Origin: Candidatus Omnitrophota bacterium
GTDB taxonomy: Bacteria > Omnitrophota > Gorgyraeia > Pluralincolimonadales > Pluralincolimonadaceae
Direction of reading: 5' to 3'
Assembly: GCA_041651455.1 (NCBI GenBank)
Contig: JBAZJG010000004.1
Location: 72,848 to 136,847 of the forward strand
DNA length: 64,000 nt
Part shown: one piece after another, positions 46,562-56,622 of the stretch
How the letters are laid out: every line of letters begins with the position of its first letter
Position numbering within the stretch: position 1 is the stretch's first letter
Position numbers and translations under genes: made by a program
Notes under the pieces: model-generated
Told to the model about the DNA's origin: nothing
Database searches by the model: none
Seen by the model: the letters and a program-made list of their open reading frames with translations, nothing else

Positions 46562-47991
46562 GCTTTTACGCCGCTTTCTGCGTCTTTGCTTTCCGGAAGA
46601 TTGTTCAAAACAACGGAAAGGCCTATTATTATCCAAAATATCATTAAGTCAAGATGCCAGGAAAACAGGTTAACCAAGAAAAACGCCATAAGGCTAATCT
46701 CCAATGCCCCTGAAATCCCAGCTAATAACGCTTCGCCGTTCCTTTCAAGATTTCTTCTCGCTCTTCTCAGTTGGATCCATGCATAATATATGATGGTCAG
46801 GACGAATAATGCCGCCAAAATTCCTGCTTCCGCACCCGTATGCAAAAATAGATTGTGTGCGTGATATAGAACAAATTTTGTTTTTATATCTGCAGATGTA
46901 ATTGCGGCAGTCATAAATTCATATTTAAATAGTCCGTATCCCACCCCCGTAAAGGGGTGTTCTTTGATCATGTTTAATGCCAATTTCCATGCGTCTAAGC
47001 GGCTTGCAATTGAAATTTCCTTCGTATCCGTTATTGTACCCATCCTTTCCCAGTATTCATTCGGTATGAATGGCGTAACAGCCGCAGCTATTAATGCAAA
47101 GATAATGAACAAGAAAATAAGCGTTGATACTTTACGCTTGCCTTTCAATATTATCTGCAAAAATGACAATAACAACACTATGCATAAAGTAGCCATACCA
47201 GCCCTTGAAAACGTCAATACTATCGCCATGAGCAAGGCGCTCAAACACAATAATAAAATAAATTTAAGCAATACGCGTTTTACGTTTATTATCAATGTTA
47301 TTGCTATTGGAACGATAAGGACCAATTCGGCCGCTAAAATGTTCGGATTTTGAGTAGTGCCGAATACCCTCACTACTGAGCCAATTAGGGTCAGCCCTAT
47401 ACCGTGGATATATTGAAAAAAAGCCGCCCCCGATGAAATAACGCCAGAGATTATCAGTATTCCTATGAGTACCAGAATCTGTTTTTTTGTTTTTACTATA
47501 TTAGCTATTATTAAATACAGAATTACGGCTTTGCTCGCTAGTTCGAGATAATCGGGGAAACTATATTCAAAATACCTGAAACAGGCTATAAATAAGGTAG
47601 CTGCTAATCCCAAAACAAAAATGTTTTGCGGTGTTTTTGTAATTTTGAAATCCTTGTAGACAATTATATGCAAAATCCATATCAAAAGAACAAAAAAAGC
47701 CAAATTTCTTGCTATATGAAGCTGCTGAAGAGCGGGGAATAACGCGGTAGGATGCAAATATGCTCCTAACAAAAAGATTATTACTGCCACAAACAGGTCC
47801 AAGAACATCGCAACGAACACACACATGCCTATAAAAAGCAATAATACTATAAAAGGCGGGAGGAAGAGCAGGGATATTCCCATTAAAAATGAGCATACTA
47901 CGATAAACCCTTTTATTAATGCCGGCAGTTCTATTAAGGGCTTTTCTTCTTCCTTAATTATTCTATCCTGTTGGTTCATTTTCGTTTTCAT
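46558..47991 (-). CDS. O-antigen polymerase/ligase-like (Wzy_C domain) membrane protein
   Basis: About twelve TM helices and a periplasmic loop with RAGMATL-type Wzy_C signature. Confidence 0.7.
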   Translation of the reverse strand: MKTKMNQQDRIIKEEEKPLIELPALIKGFIVVCSFLMGISLLFLPPFIVLLLFIGMCVFVAMFLDLFVAVIIFLLGAYLHPTALFPALQQLHIARNLAFFVLLIWILHIIVYKDFKITKTPQNIFVLGLAATLFIACFRYFEYSFPDYLELASKAVILYLIIANIVKTKKQILVLIGILIISGVISSGAAFFQYIHGIGLTLIGSVVRVFGTTQNPNILAAELVLIVPIAITLIINVKRVLLKFILLLCLSALLMAIVLTFSRAGMATLCIVLLLSFLQIILKGKRKVSTLIFLFIIFALIAAAVTPFIPNEYWERMGTITDTKEISIASRLDAWKLALNMIKEHPFTGVGYGLFKYEFMTAAITSADIKTKFVLYHAHNLFLHTGAEAGILAALFVLTIIYYAWIQLRRARRNLERNGEALLAGISGALEISLMAFFLVNLFSWHLDLMIFWIIIGLSVVLNNLPESKDAESGVKA

Positions 47992-49111
47992 AAAGGTCGT
48001 AAATCTTATCTACCATTGATGTTAACTCGAAATCGTTCCTTCTAATGAACTCCTTCGCATTAATTGCCAGATATTCTCTCTTTGCTTTATCCGAAATAAC
48101 GGCATCCAGCGCCGCCTCTAGTCCTTTTATGTCTTTAGGCGCGACCAGAATGCCCGTCTTGTTATTATCAATTAGCTCTGGAAGGCCCCCGATATCGGAC
48201 GCGATTACGGGCTTACCGGAAGCCATTGCCTCTAATGCACAATAGGATAACCCCTCCGATAAAGACGGTATAACAACGATATCTGTAATATACAGTATTT
48301 GCGGAACGTCATTCCTCATTTCTGTAAATATTATTTTTTTATTTATTTCTAATTTGTCCGATAATCCGTTCAGAGTGGAAAAATACGGGTGCCCTTTTGC
48401 TCCTATAAGAAGCAGCTTCGAGTTGGGGTATTTATTCGCTATGTTCTTAAATGCCTCTATTAAATAGAGTTGACCCTTTTCTGGCCGGCCTTGCGCTATA
48501 CAAGAAATCACTATTTCCGATGGAGCAATATTAAATTCTGACCTAAGCGCCCCGGCCTGGACTGTGTAATCGGACCTAAATCTGTCAACACTGAAACCAT
48601 TGTATATCAATTCTATCTTCTCCTTTCTCAGCCCTTTTGAGATAAGGTCGTTTTTAACGGCTCTTGAAATCGCTATTATCTTTTTTGCCTCGCGCGCCAA
48701 AATCCTGTAAAATATCTTCCTTGCTTCGGACCATTTTGATCCTGTTATATGGTGTTGATGCCAATAATATGCTGGTTCATTGTAAATCAAGCGGCTTAAT
48801 AATATGGGGAAATTTGCCAAGTCAAAATGAGAATGAACCACTTCTATGTGTTTCCTTTTCAGAAAAGACACAAATCTTATTATAAACCTTGGGTCAAATC
48901 TATTCTTAATGGGTAACAACACGATTATCCCGCCGACATCCTTAATCTTGTCGGTCAGTTCGATTATCGGGTCCCCCGGAAATACATAATATATACGGAT
49001 ATTATCTTTCTTCGCCCTTTTAGCAACGGCAATCATAACCTCCTCAAAAGATCCCATCTTCTCAGGAGCATACCCGATTGCCCATAATATGGAAGACAAT
49101 TTTCTACTCAT
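47963..49111 (-). CDS. glycosyltransferase (GT-B fold, GT1/GT4-like)
   Basis: EAMASGKPVIASDIGGLPELI motif. Confidence 0.8.
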   Translation of the reverse strand: MSRKLSSILWAIGYAPEKMGSFEEVMIAVAKRAKKDNIRIYYVFPGDPIIELTDKIKDVGGIIVLLPIKNRFDPRFIIRFVSFLKRKHIEVVHSHFDLANFPILLSRLIYNEPAYYWHQHHITGSKWSEARKIFYRILAREAKKIIAISRAVKNDLISKGLRKEKIELIYNGFSVDRFRSDYTVQAGALRSEFNIAPSEIVISCIAQGRPEKGQLYLIEAFKNIANKYPNSKLLLIGAKGHPYFSTLNGLSDKLEINKKIIFTEMRNDVPQILYITDIVVIPSLSEGLSYCALEAMASGKPVIASDIGGLPELIDNNKTGILVAPKDIKGLEAALDAVISDKAKREYLAINAKEFIRRNDFELTSMVDKIYDLYENENEPTG

Positions 49112-49122
49112 GTTCCATCCTG

Positions 49123-50031
49123 TTAGCCTAAAACACAATACCTTATTATGCCCAAATGGCCTTTCATTCTTTCATTTAAATCTCCCCTTCTTACGCCAAC
49201 AACATAAAACGGGAGATAGCATATTATCTTAAGGCCTGATGTTAGCGTTGCGCAACATTTATATACCAATGCGGGGAATGCGCCGTATAGTTTTTTTAGC
49301 AGCTTATGCATACCCTTATAAGCTTCTATTGACATTTCCGCTTTACACTGCTGACTGCTCCCTTTCATATAATGGATTATGCTCGCATCCGGCATATAGA
49401 ATATCTTCATCTTGTTCTTTTTTATTTGATAGCAAAGATCTATATCGTCTCCATACATGAAATACCTTTCATCCAATAGCCCTATTCTTTCAAAAGTGGT
49501 CTTTCTTACCATCATGCAGCATCCTGAAAGCACTTCTATTTCATGGGTATACTCATAATCATTGGCTTTCGTTTTTGACTCATCCAGCATTAACCGTTCT
49601 GGTAATATCAGGCGCATTATTTCCTTCCCCAGGGAGGGGACATTTCTGAAGTATGGATGCAAAGTACCGTCGCCATTGAGAATCTTACAGCCTAGCGCTG
49701 CCGCCTGCTGATTCTCCGCCATATACCTTACCATTTTATCCGCAGCACTATCGAGCATGACTGTATCGGGGTTTAGTATTAATATATAGTCGCCCTTGCT
49801 TACTTTTATAGCTTGGTTATTTGCTTTATTGAAGCCGAGGTTCTCGATATTCTTAATTAAAATTACTTCCTTATATTCCGAGGATAACATTTCCTGGCTT
49901 CCGTCTTTTGAGTTATTATCTACGACTATTATTTCGTAGGTAATCTCTTTTGTCGTCTTACGAATTGACTCGATGCATTGCTTGAGAAGCAATTGGGTAT
50001 TCCAATTCACTATCGCAATGGAAAGATCCAT
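49123..50031 (-). CDS. glycosyltransferase family 2
   Basis: SIAIVNWNT ... VVDNNSKDGS ... DxD, GT-A fold. Confidence 0.85.
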   Translation of the reverse strand: MDLSIAIVNWNTQLLLKQCIESIRKTTKEITYEIIVVDNNSKDGSQEMLSSEYKEVILIKNIENLGFNKANNQAIKVSKGDYILILNPDTVMLDSAADKMVRYMAENQQAAALGCKILNGDGTLHPYFRNVPSLGKEIMRLILPERLMLDESKTKANDYEYTHEIEVLSGCCMMVRKTTFERIGLLDERYFMYGDDIDLCYQIKKNKMKIFYMPDASIIHYMKGSSQQCKAEMSIEAYKGMHKLLKKLYGAFPALVYKCCATLTSGLKIICYLPFYVVGVRRGDLNERMKGHLGIIRYCVLG

Positions 50032-50121
50032 TAAGTATCCCTCTTATTAATAAATAAAAAAACCAAAACCTTTTTTCTGGATTTGGCTTTATGATTCACC
50101 GAATATCCTCCTGGGCCCGGG

Positions 50122-50976
50122 TTAAAGGTGCCGGTGAATATACTCGGGAATATGGTATTCTATGCCTGTAAGAACATATCCTAGGATATTCGCACCGACA
50201 CTTTTTAGCACACTTTCCGCTCGCGCAACGACCTCCCTGCGGGTCCTGCCCGCCCTAATGACCAGCACTGTCCCGTCCGCGATATGGCTTAAGATACGGG
50301 CGTCGGAATACGGTATGACCGCCGGCGTATCCAGTATTATCCTGTCGTACTTGCCCTTGAGCTCGAATAGCACGTCTTTCATCTTCTGCGAGCTGAGTAA
50401 TTCATTCGGGTTGCCGTGGATATGCCCGGCAGGTATGACAAAAAGGTTCCTGGTGTCGCAGGCTACCGTTACTCCGGGAATGTCCGCGGCACCCGACAAC
50501 AACTCCCCGAGCCCCCTTTCCGAGGATATGCCCATCAGGCCTCCGATAGACGGTTTCCTGAGATTGCAATCGATAAGGAGTGTGGGTTTACCGGAATTTT
50601 GCGCCGTTACAATGGCAAGATTGGCCACCGCAATACTTTTTCCTTCGCCGCTGGACGCGCTCGTAATGATCACCGACCGAAGCTTATTCTCCCTTTCAGG
50701 GCAGAATACATGCGCATATAACGTATGGAATTGCTCGGCTACAGGACTGCCGGGATTATGGTATGCGACTATCTTCCTGTTTACCGCCGACGACAGCGCT
50801 ACTTCCGTGCGGACCTGCACCGGTGTCTCGCTTACGGGGCGCTGCGCAGGAGCGGGGTTGCCTATAGCGGGGGTTGTAGGGGTAGAGGGGCCGGCCTGGA
50901 AGGCCTTGCCTTTCTCCTCGGCAGCCCTTTTTATAGCTTCGTTTATCTTGTTAATTCCGTTGCCGTTATTTTGCAT
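50122..50976 (-). CDS. polysaccharide co-polymerase BY-kinase (tyrosine autokinase, CpsD/Wzc C-terminal type)
   Basis: Walker A SASSGEGKSIAVANLA, Walker A' and B, Tyr residues at the C-terminus (GIEYHIPEYIHRHL). Confidence 0.8.
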   Translation of the reverse strand: MQNNGNGINKINEAIKRAAEEKGKAFQAGPSTPTTPAIGNPAPAQRPVSETPVQVRTEVALSSAVNRKIVAYHNPGSPVAEQFHTLYAHVFCPERENKLRSVIITSASSGEGKSIAVANLAIVTAQNSGKPTLLIDCNLRKPSIGGLMGISSERGLGELLSGAADIPGVTVACDTRNLFVIPAGHIHGNPNELLSSQKMKDVLFELKGKYDRIILDTPAVIPYSDARILSHIADGTVLVIRAGRTRREVVARAESVLKSVGANILGYVLTGIEYHIPEYIHRHL

Positions 50977-52597
50977 TCCGCCCCACCCCTGCCGCTTTTT
51001 CCTTGTTGGCGATCTCTATTACCTTCTTCCTGACCTCATCCTGGCTAACGTTATAGCTTATGAAGGCTACGGTGAAAAGTGCCACGTATAGCGCTATTAA
51101 AAATATCGCCAGCCCGCGCTGCTTCGCTGCTTTAGAGGCCGCCTCATTCTTATCGACGATAGCTGAAATACCGCCGAATATCTCATGCTTCAGGAATGGC
51201 CTCGCGTCTTCTACGCCCCTGAACGAATGGTCCGCGAACTCCGCCAGAAAAACACATCCAAAGCCCGAAAGAACACCGAGTATAAAAGCGACTACTCCTA
51301 TCATGAGAACTTCTGGTTTCGAAGGTTTTAGCGGTAACCTTGGCTCGTCAAGAACAGTGTACTTCGTGCTTTTGTCCTGGGCCTCCGCAGAGGTAAGCTT
51401 GTTTTCCTCGATTTTTAACATCAGCATTTTATATACATTCTCATTCACCTCGGTATCTCTGGTCAGGAGCGCAAGTTCCCTCTCCTGCTCGGGCAGGGTC
51501 TGTATCTTTGATTCGTAGTCCTTTACCAGCTTCGAGAGCTGTTCTCTCCTCTTCCTAAGGTCGTTGACCTCTTTTTCGGCGTCTTTTACCTTCTGGCTCA
51601 GCCTTTGAAAGAATAGCGGGGCTGTGGTAGATGTATCGCTGTCAACCATCTTCTCAGTCTCAAGTCTTAGCTTCTCCCTGACATCCTCCATCTGAACCTG
51701 AAGGGAGGCGAGGTCTGATGATTGCGGATTTTCCGCCATCGTTTCATCGTGCCGTGATTGCAGGTTTTGCAATTGTGAATTAAGGCGTGAAACCGCAGGA
51801 TTAAGCTCCATCATCTCTTCGGATATAATTACAGGATCCTTTCCGGACATCTGTCTTTTCAAAAGGTCGAGCTTGCGCTCGGACTCTTTCATGCTCATCT
51901 CAACGGCGGTTAGCGATGTCTGGTAGCTCGTCAGCATCGAGACGTTATAGTCAAGCTCTTTGCCCGGCAGCTGCATCGGGTATTGGGCGCGGAAATCGAA
52001 CAGTTTCTTTTCCGATTCCTCGAGCTTCTTCTTGTAAATCTTCGCTTGTTCTTCTGCAAATTTTATCGCCGTAGCAGCTTGCGCTGTCTTTTTTGATTTG
52101 TTTTCGTCGATGAATATCTCTATTATGGTCTTTGTGATGTTCCTCGCCGCAATGGGATCCTTGTCCTCGTAAGATACCTGAAAGACCTCGGGAGACCTCA
52201 TCTTCACTTCGGAGCGCTTCCTTATGCCCAGAAGCATCTTTTCGTACATTACCTGGTCGGTCACGCCTTTCTTAAGGTCAAGGGTATCCACTAGCTTGAT
52301 GAGATTAGGGTAGCTCAATATTTTTTCGGTCAATGTCTTAAGTTGTTCCGCAAGCGTCGGGGGTTGCCCGGTTGAAGACGTGTATGCCAGCTCTTTAGTG
52401 GCGAGGGGGTTTACCGGTTTTTCTTCTTCGACGAGGATTAGTACTGAGGATTTATAAAATTTTGGGAGAAAAAAACTGCCTATAGAGGCAGTAAAAAATA
52501 CCATGACGAATGGGAGCATGAAAAACCACCTGCGGTGAAAGATTATCTGGAGATAATCCCTGATAGAACCCTGCCCCTGCCCAGGCGCTGTAGTCAT
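50966..52597 (-). CDS. polysaccharide chain-length determinant protein (Wzz/GumC; PEP-CTERM-locus type)
   Basis: Two TM helices flanking a long coiled-coil periplasmic domain. Abuts the BY-kinase gene. Confidence 0.75.
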   Translation of the reverse strand: MTTAPGQGQGSIRDYLQIIFHRRWFFMLPFVMVFFTASIGSFFLPKFYKSSVLILVEEEKPVNPLATKELAYTSSTGQPPTLAEQLKTLTEKILSYPNLIKLVDTLDLKKGVTDQVMYEKMLLGIRKRSEVKMRSPEVFQVSYEDKDPIAARNITKTIIEIFIDENKSKKTAQAATAIKFAEEQAKIYKKKLEESEKKLFDFRAQYPMQLPGKELDYNVSMLTSYQTSLTAVEMSMKESERKLDLLKRQMSGKDPVIISEEMMELNPAVSRLNSQLQNLQSRHDETMAENPQSSDLASLQVQMEDVREKLRLETEKMVDSDTSTTAPLFFQRLSQKVKDAEKEVNDLRKRREQLSKLVKDYESKIQTLPEQERELALLTRDTEVNENVYKMLMLKIEENKLTSAEAQDKSTKYTVLDEPRLPLKPSKPEVLMIGVVAFILGVLSGFGCVFLAEFADHSFRGVEDARPFLKHEIFGGISAIVDKNEAASKAAKQRGLAIFLIALYVALFTVAFISYNVSQDEVRKKVIEIANKEKAAGVGRNAK

Positions 52598-52600
52598 GAA

Positions 52601-54217
52601 TTACTCTTCCTTCATGTCCAGGATTCTCATCAGGTCCTTCTGCATTGCTTTCGACCGTTTTTCCGTGACGGGCGGTGTCAGCTCTACTCCGCCGGACTTC
52701 TCTATTTCGTGCTCTACGATCGGGTCGATCTTCCGTGTCCTGTCAATGCTCTCCTGGTATTTTTGCCTGGATATGTTCTGGCGGTTATCGCTTGTAAGTA
52801 TATGGGGCGTTATAAAAACCAGCACCTCTTTTTTCACGTCCTGGTACGACTTGTTCTGGAACAACAGCCCTATTATCGGGATGTCGCCGATCAGGGGCAC
52901 TTTGTTTATCGTGCTCTTCTTGTCGTTCTTAATGAGCCCGCCGAGTATTATCGTCTCGCCGTCCTTGACCATCATCGTCGTATCTGCCTGCGTCGTGTCC
53001 TTGGCGACGACGTTATCAACCTCGGCGACCCTTCTTGCCGTACTGACCTCGGGATGTATCTTCATCGTCACATAATTATCTTCGCCTATCTGCGGGGTCA
53101 CTTCCAGCTTGATACCTACGTCGACATATTTGATGTCCTGGACCAGCAATTTCGTGACCGGGTCCGTCGTAGCTACCGCGTAGGGCTCGCTGCTACCTAC
53201 GAGGATGTTCGCCGCTTCTCCGTCGATGACAACAATGCGCGGGCTCGAGAGGACCTCCGTGTTCGCATCGCTCTTGAGCGCTTCCAATGTCACCGTATAC
53301 TCGTCGGGGGTCAGGCCGCCTATCTTATATATGCCTCCGGTCCCGCCGGTGGCCAGGTTGATCCCGAAATCGGTCAGGAGATCGAGCGCTCCGGGGTTGT
53401 GGTGCGGGTCCTCCCCGGTCCTGTCATATGCATGCTCCCATTCAATCCCGAATTTCATAGTATCATCGAGAGTGATCTCCACAATCATCGCTTCTATCAT
53501 GACCTGCTTATGCTGGGAGTCCCATCCCTCGATGAAGCTGTCTATATTCTTCAGGATCACCGGGGTGGCCCTAACGACTATCGTGTTCGTCCTCTCATCT
53601 ATATATACATCTCCTTTTTCTTTCGGTATCAGCTGCGTAAGCTTGGCTTCCATGTCCGCCGCCTTGGAATAAAGGAGCTTATACTTCTTTATCTCCGTCT
53701 GTTGGTCGAGCTGCATCAGCGCTTCCTCGACCTCTTTAACCTTTTCCGGCGTGTCGGTTATTATTACCTGGTTACTCTTCTCGTTCGTCTCTATCCTGCC
53801 GCGCGCGGTCTTCATCGAAAGGAGTATCCGCTTAAGGTCCGCGACATCCGTGTAATTCAGCGTTATGACCTTCGTCTGCAGGTTAACGAACCTCTCCTGC
53901 TGCTGGGTATCCTGGTATGAATATACGGTTATTATCCCGTCGGTAACCGAATAGAGGTAGTTGTTCGCCTTCAGGACCGAATCGAGCGCCTGGACTACCG
54001 TGACCTTGTCGAGTTTCACGGAGACATTCCCGGTCACGTTAGTGCTAAGCACGACGCTCATCCCGCTCTGGTCCGCGATCATCTTAAGGACCTCTTCTAT
54101 GCTGACGTTCTGGACATCGAGCGTGACTTCTCCGTCTTCGGCGAACAGCGGGCAACGGGAGACCAAAAGGAAGACCGAAAATACAAGGCAGAACAACAGT
54201 TGTTTACTGAATCTCAT
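52601..54217 (-). CDS. secretin (GspD/PilQ family outer-membrane channel)
   Basis: Signal peptide, N0 and secretin-N (NolW-like) domains, and C-terminal secretin domain (VPLIGDIPIIGLLFQNKSYQDVKKEVLVFITPHIL). Confidence 0.75.
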   Translation of the reverse strand: MRFSKQLLFCLVFSVFLLVSRCPLFAEDGEVTLDVQNVSIEEVLKMIADQSGMSVVLSTNVTGNVSVKLDKVTVVQALDSVLKANNYLYSVTDGIITVYSYQDTQQQERFVNLQTKVITLNYTDVADLKRILLSMKTARGRIETNEKSNQVIITDTPEKVKEVEEALMQLDQQTEIKKYKLLYSKAADMEAKLTQLIPKEKGDVYIDERTNTIVVRATPVILKNIDSFIEGWDSQHKQVMIEAMIVEITLDDTMKFGIEWEHAYDRTGEDPHHNPGALDLLTDFGINLATGGTGGIYKIGGLTPDEYTVTLEALKSDANTEVLSSPRIVVIDGEAANILVGSSEPYAVATTDPVTKLLVQDIKYVDVGIKLEVTPQIGEDNYVTMKIHPEVSTARRVAEVDNVVAKDTTQADTTMMVKDGETIILGGLIKNDKKSTINKVPLIGDIPIIGLLFQNKSYQDVKKEVLVFITPHILTSDNRQNISRQKYQESIDRTRKIDPIVEHEIEKSGGVELTPPVTEKRSKAMQKDLMRILDMKEE

Positions 54218-56231
54218 TCGTGATCTCCTTTGTGGCGCGGACGGTCTTGTTCTTGCCTTCCGCCTTTGCCCTGTACAGCGCCCTGTCGACGTACTTTATC
54301 AGGTCGGTCTTATCCAAAGCGATATCCGGATAGCTCGCGACGCCGAAACTTGCGGTCAGGCCTATTACATTGTCCTTGTTGCCGAACGCGTAATTCTTTA
54401 TGACCATCCTGATCCTGTCCGCGAGTATATAGGCGCCCTCGAGGTCGGTCTCCGGCAGGATGACGGCGAACTCTTCCCCGCCGTACCTTGCCACGACATC
54501 GACTTCCCTGCATATCTTCCTCAATATCTGCGCGATCTCTTTAAGGACCTCGTCGCCCATCGGATGGCCGTAGCTGTCATTGACCTTCTTGAACCCGTCG
54601 AGGTCCATCATTATGAGGCCGAACGTCTGCCTGTACCTTGCCGAACGCAGTATCTCCTTGTCCATCGCCTCGCTGAAATACCTGTAGACATAAAGCCCCG
54701 TCAGCCCGTCGGTGATCGACAGCTCCGTGATCTTCTTGTGCAATAACGTATTGTTTATCGCTATGCTGGAATGGCGGGAAATTATCGAGAATATCCTTAG
54801 GTCTTCGCCGCTGAAAGCGTTCGGGAATGAATTTGTCACCGCAAGCATGCCGATCGGCCTGTCGCCGGCCGTTAGAAGGTGGGCCTGGAACGAGCTGAGA
54901 ATATTCCTGTTTTCAGAAAAAGAATCGCTCAGGTTGTTGCTATCGGCCTGATCGATCGAAACCTGTTCCGGCAACAGTCTCCCCCCTGTTAACCTATTGA
55001 ACGTTTCTATGATCTTAAGCTTAAAACTGTCGACCTCCTTCTGCGAAGCGGGGTATTTAACCTCCACTATCACGCCCGTCTTCTTTGTCTCGTCGACAAA
55101 TAACAAACCGCACAGATGACAATCCAGGGAGCGTTCTATTATCTCCAGTATCGCATCTATAATTTCTTTATAATCAAGCCTTGCGTATATTATATTACTA
55201 ACTTCCTGCGATATTGTCAACTCATATAATTCGTCATCGAGCGAACGGGCTATATCGGCGAATATCTTCTTCCCGGTCTTGAGTTTTTCTATCTGTGTGT
55301 TCGCTTCCTCGAGGCGTTTTTGCCAATGGGACGATTCTATGGCTATCGATATCTCGTTCGTCAGGATCGTGAGCAGCGAAAGGTCGTATTCGGTGAATTG
55401 TTCTTTTGATGCCTTGTTATTCACGTTTATGACCCCGATGACCTTGTCCTTTACCCGTATCGGGGCGCTCAGGAGGGATGAATTGTAATACCTGTTCGAA
55501 TTCTGCCTCGAGAAACGCTCGTCTGATTCGACGTCCTTGATGAGCAGCGGGCTGCCGGACTTCGCAACCCAGCCGGATATGCCCCTGCCGACCTTGATCC
55601 TTGTCTTGTTCGCAAGGTCTTCGCTCAATCCCCTCGACGCGCTTATTATAAGTTCCTGGGAATCGTCATCGATGAGCATGAGCGATCCAAGCTCAGAGCT
55701 CAACATGTTGGTTATCTTCTCGAGCACCTCGCCAAGGATATCCCTGGCATGGGATGAGTGCAGGCTCTGCGACGCCTGATAAGCATCTACGAGCCTGGCC
55801 ATGAGCTTCTTGAACTGCTCGCTTTGGGACTGGAATTTGTTCGTATCTACGCGGCCTTTAATCTTCTCTATCGCGGCGTCTATATTCGCGTCAAAATCGT
55901 TCTTGTTGGTAAACCTTATGACGCTCTGCCCCCGTTGGGGTCTCATCCCGAGGGACCTGTACGCTTCCTTCTCGTTGGTTATACAGATCAGGAGCGGGAT
56001 ATCGGAGGTACGCGGGTCATCTTTAAGCAGTTTATATACGCAAAATCCGTTTATGTCCGTGACGGCAGGATTCAGCAGGATAAGGTCGGGCATCTCCTCG
56101 CAGACAAGCTCTATCCCATCGAGGCCGTTCGAGGCGCGCAGTACGTTATAGTCCCTGCCCGCAAGGACAGCTGACATGTCCTGGGCTATGTTCTGGCTTT
56201 GCTCTATTATTACGGCTTTTTTCCTGTCCAA
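54204..56231 (-). CDS. REC(pseudo-receiver)-GAF-GAF-GGDEF diguanylate cyclase
   Basis: GGEEF active site, two GAF domains. N-terminal receiver has Asn (LILLNP) at the phospho-acceptor position. Start reassigned to TTG at 56231 (SD GGAGG). Confidence 0.75.
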   Translation of the reverse strand: MDRKKAVIIEQSQNIAQDMSAVLAGRDYNVLRASNGLDGIELVCEEMPDLILLNPAVTDINGFCVYKLLKDDPRTSDIPLLICITNEKEAYRSLGMRPQRGQSVIRFTNKNDFDANIDAAIEKIKGRVDTNKFQSQSEQFKKLMARLVDAYQASQSLHSSHARDILGEVLEKITNMLSSELGSLMLIDDDSQELIISASRGLSEDLANKTRIKVGRGISGWVAKSGSPLLIKDVESDERFSRQNSNRYYNSSLLSAPIRVKDKVIGVINVNNKASKEQFTEYDLSLLTILTNEISIAIESSHWQKRLEEANTQIEKLKTGKKIFADIARSLDDELYELTISQEVSNIIYARLDYKEIIDAILEIIERSLDCHLCGLLFVDETKKTGVIVEVKYPASQKEVDSFKLKIIETFNRLTGGRLLPEQVSIDQADSNNLSDSFSENRNILSSFQAHLLTAGDRPIGMLAVTNSFPNAFSGEDLRIFSIISRHSSIAINNTLLHKKITELSITDGLTGLYVYRYFSEAMDKEILRSARYRQTFGLIMMDLDGFKKVNDSYGHPMGDEVLKEIAQILRKICREVDVVARYGGEEFAVILPETDLEGAYILADRIRMVIKNYAFGNKDNVIGLTASFGVASYPDIALDKTDLIKYVDRALYRAKAEGKNKTVRATKEITNEIQ

Positions 56232-56377
56232 CCTCTGCCTCCGTACAGCAAAAAGGAGCCCCAAATTTCCGGCTCCGGTTTTGATTGTTATATTAACAAT
56301 ACCATATTAAAATACCCCAATTCGGGGTTTATGTCAAGGAAATTATATTGTTATTTAATAGTAATTTGTTGGGGGTA

Positions 56378-56464
56378 TGGTGCCGGGAGAGGGGGTCGAA
56401 CCCTCATAACCTTGCGGTCGCGAGATTTTAAGTCTCGTGCGTCTGCCAATTCCGCCATCCCGGC
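56378..56464 (-). tRNA. tRNA-Leu (anticodon UAA)
   Basis: 87 nt with long variable arm. Acceptor GCCGGGA/TCCCGGC, anticodon loop CTTAAAA, CCA encoded. Confidence 0.85.
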
Positions 56465-56478
56465 GGTCTTCGGAAATT

Positions 56479-56553
56479 TGGAGGCGACGATCGGAATCGA
56501 ACCGATGCATCGCGGTTTTGCAGACCGCTCCCTTACCACTTGGGTACGTCGCC
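56479..56553 (-). tRNA. tRNA-Cys (anticodon GCA)
   Basis: 75 nt. Acceptor GGCGACG/CGTCGCC, anticodon stem GCGGT/ACCGC with loop CTGCAAA, T arm ATCGG-TTCGATT-CCGAT, CCA encoded. Confidence 0.8.
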
Positions 56554-56562
56554 TTAAACTAA

Positions 56563-56591
56563 GGGCGCTTAAGACTGATGCTTAAGCGCCC
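56563..56591 (-). terminator. rho-independent terminator downstream of the pilin gene pair
   Basis: GGGCGCTTAAG-catcagt-CTTAAGCGCCC hairpin followed by CTTAGTTT. Confidence 0.55.
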
Positions 56592-56622
56592 CACAACCTG
56601 CTGTGAAACACTATCTGTGCCC

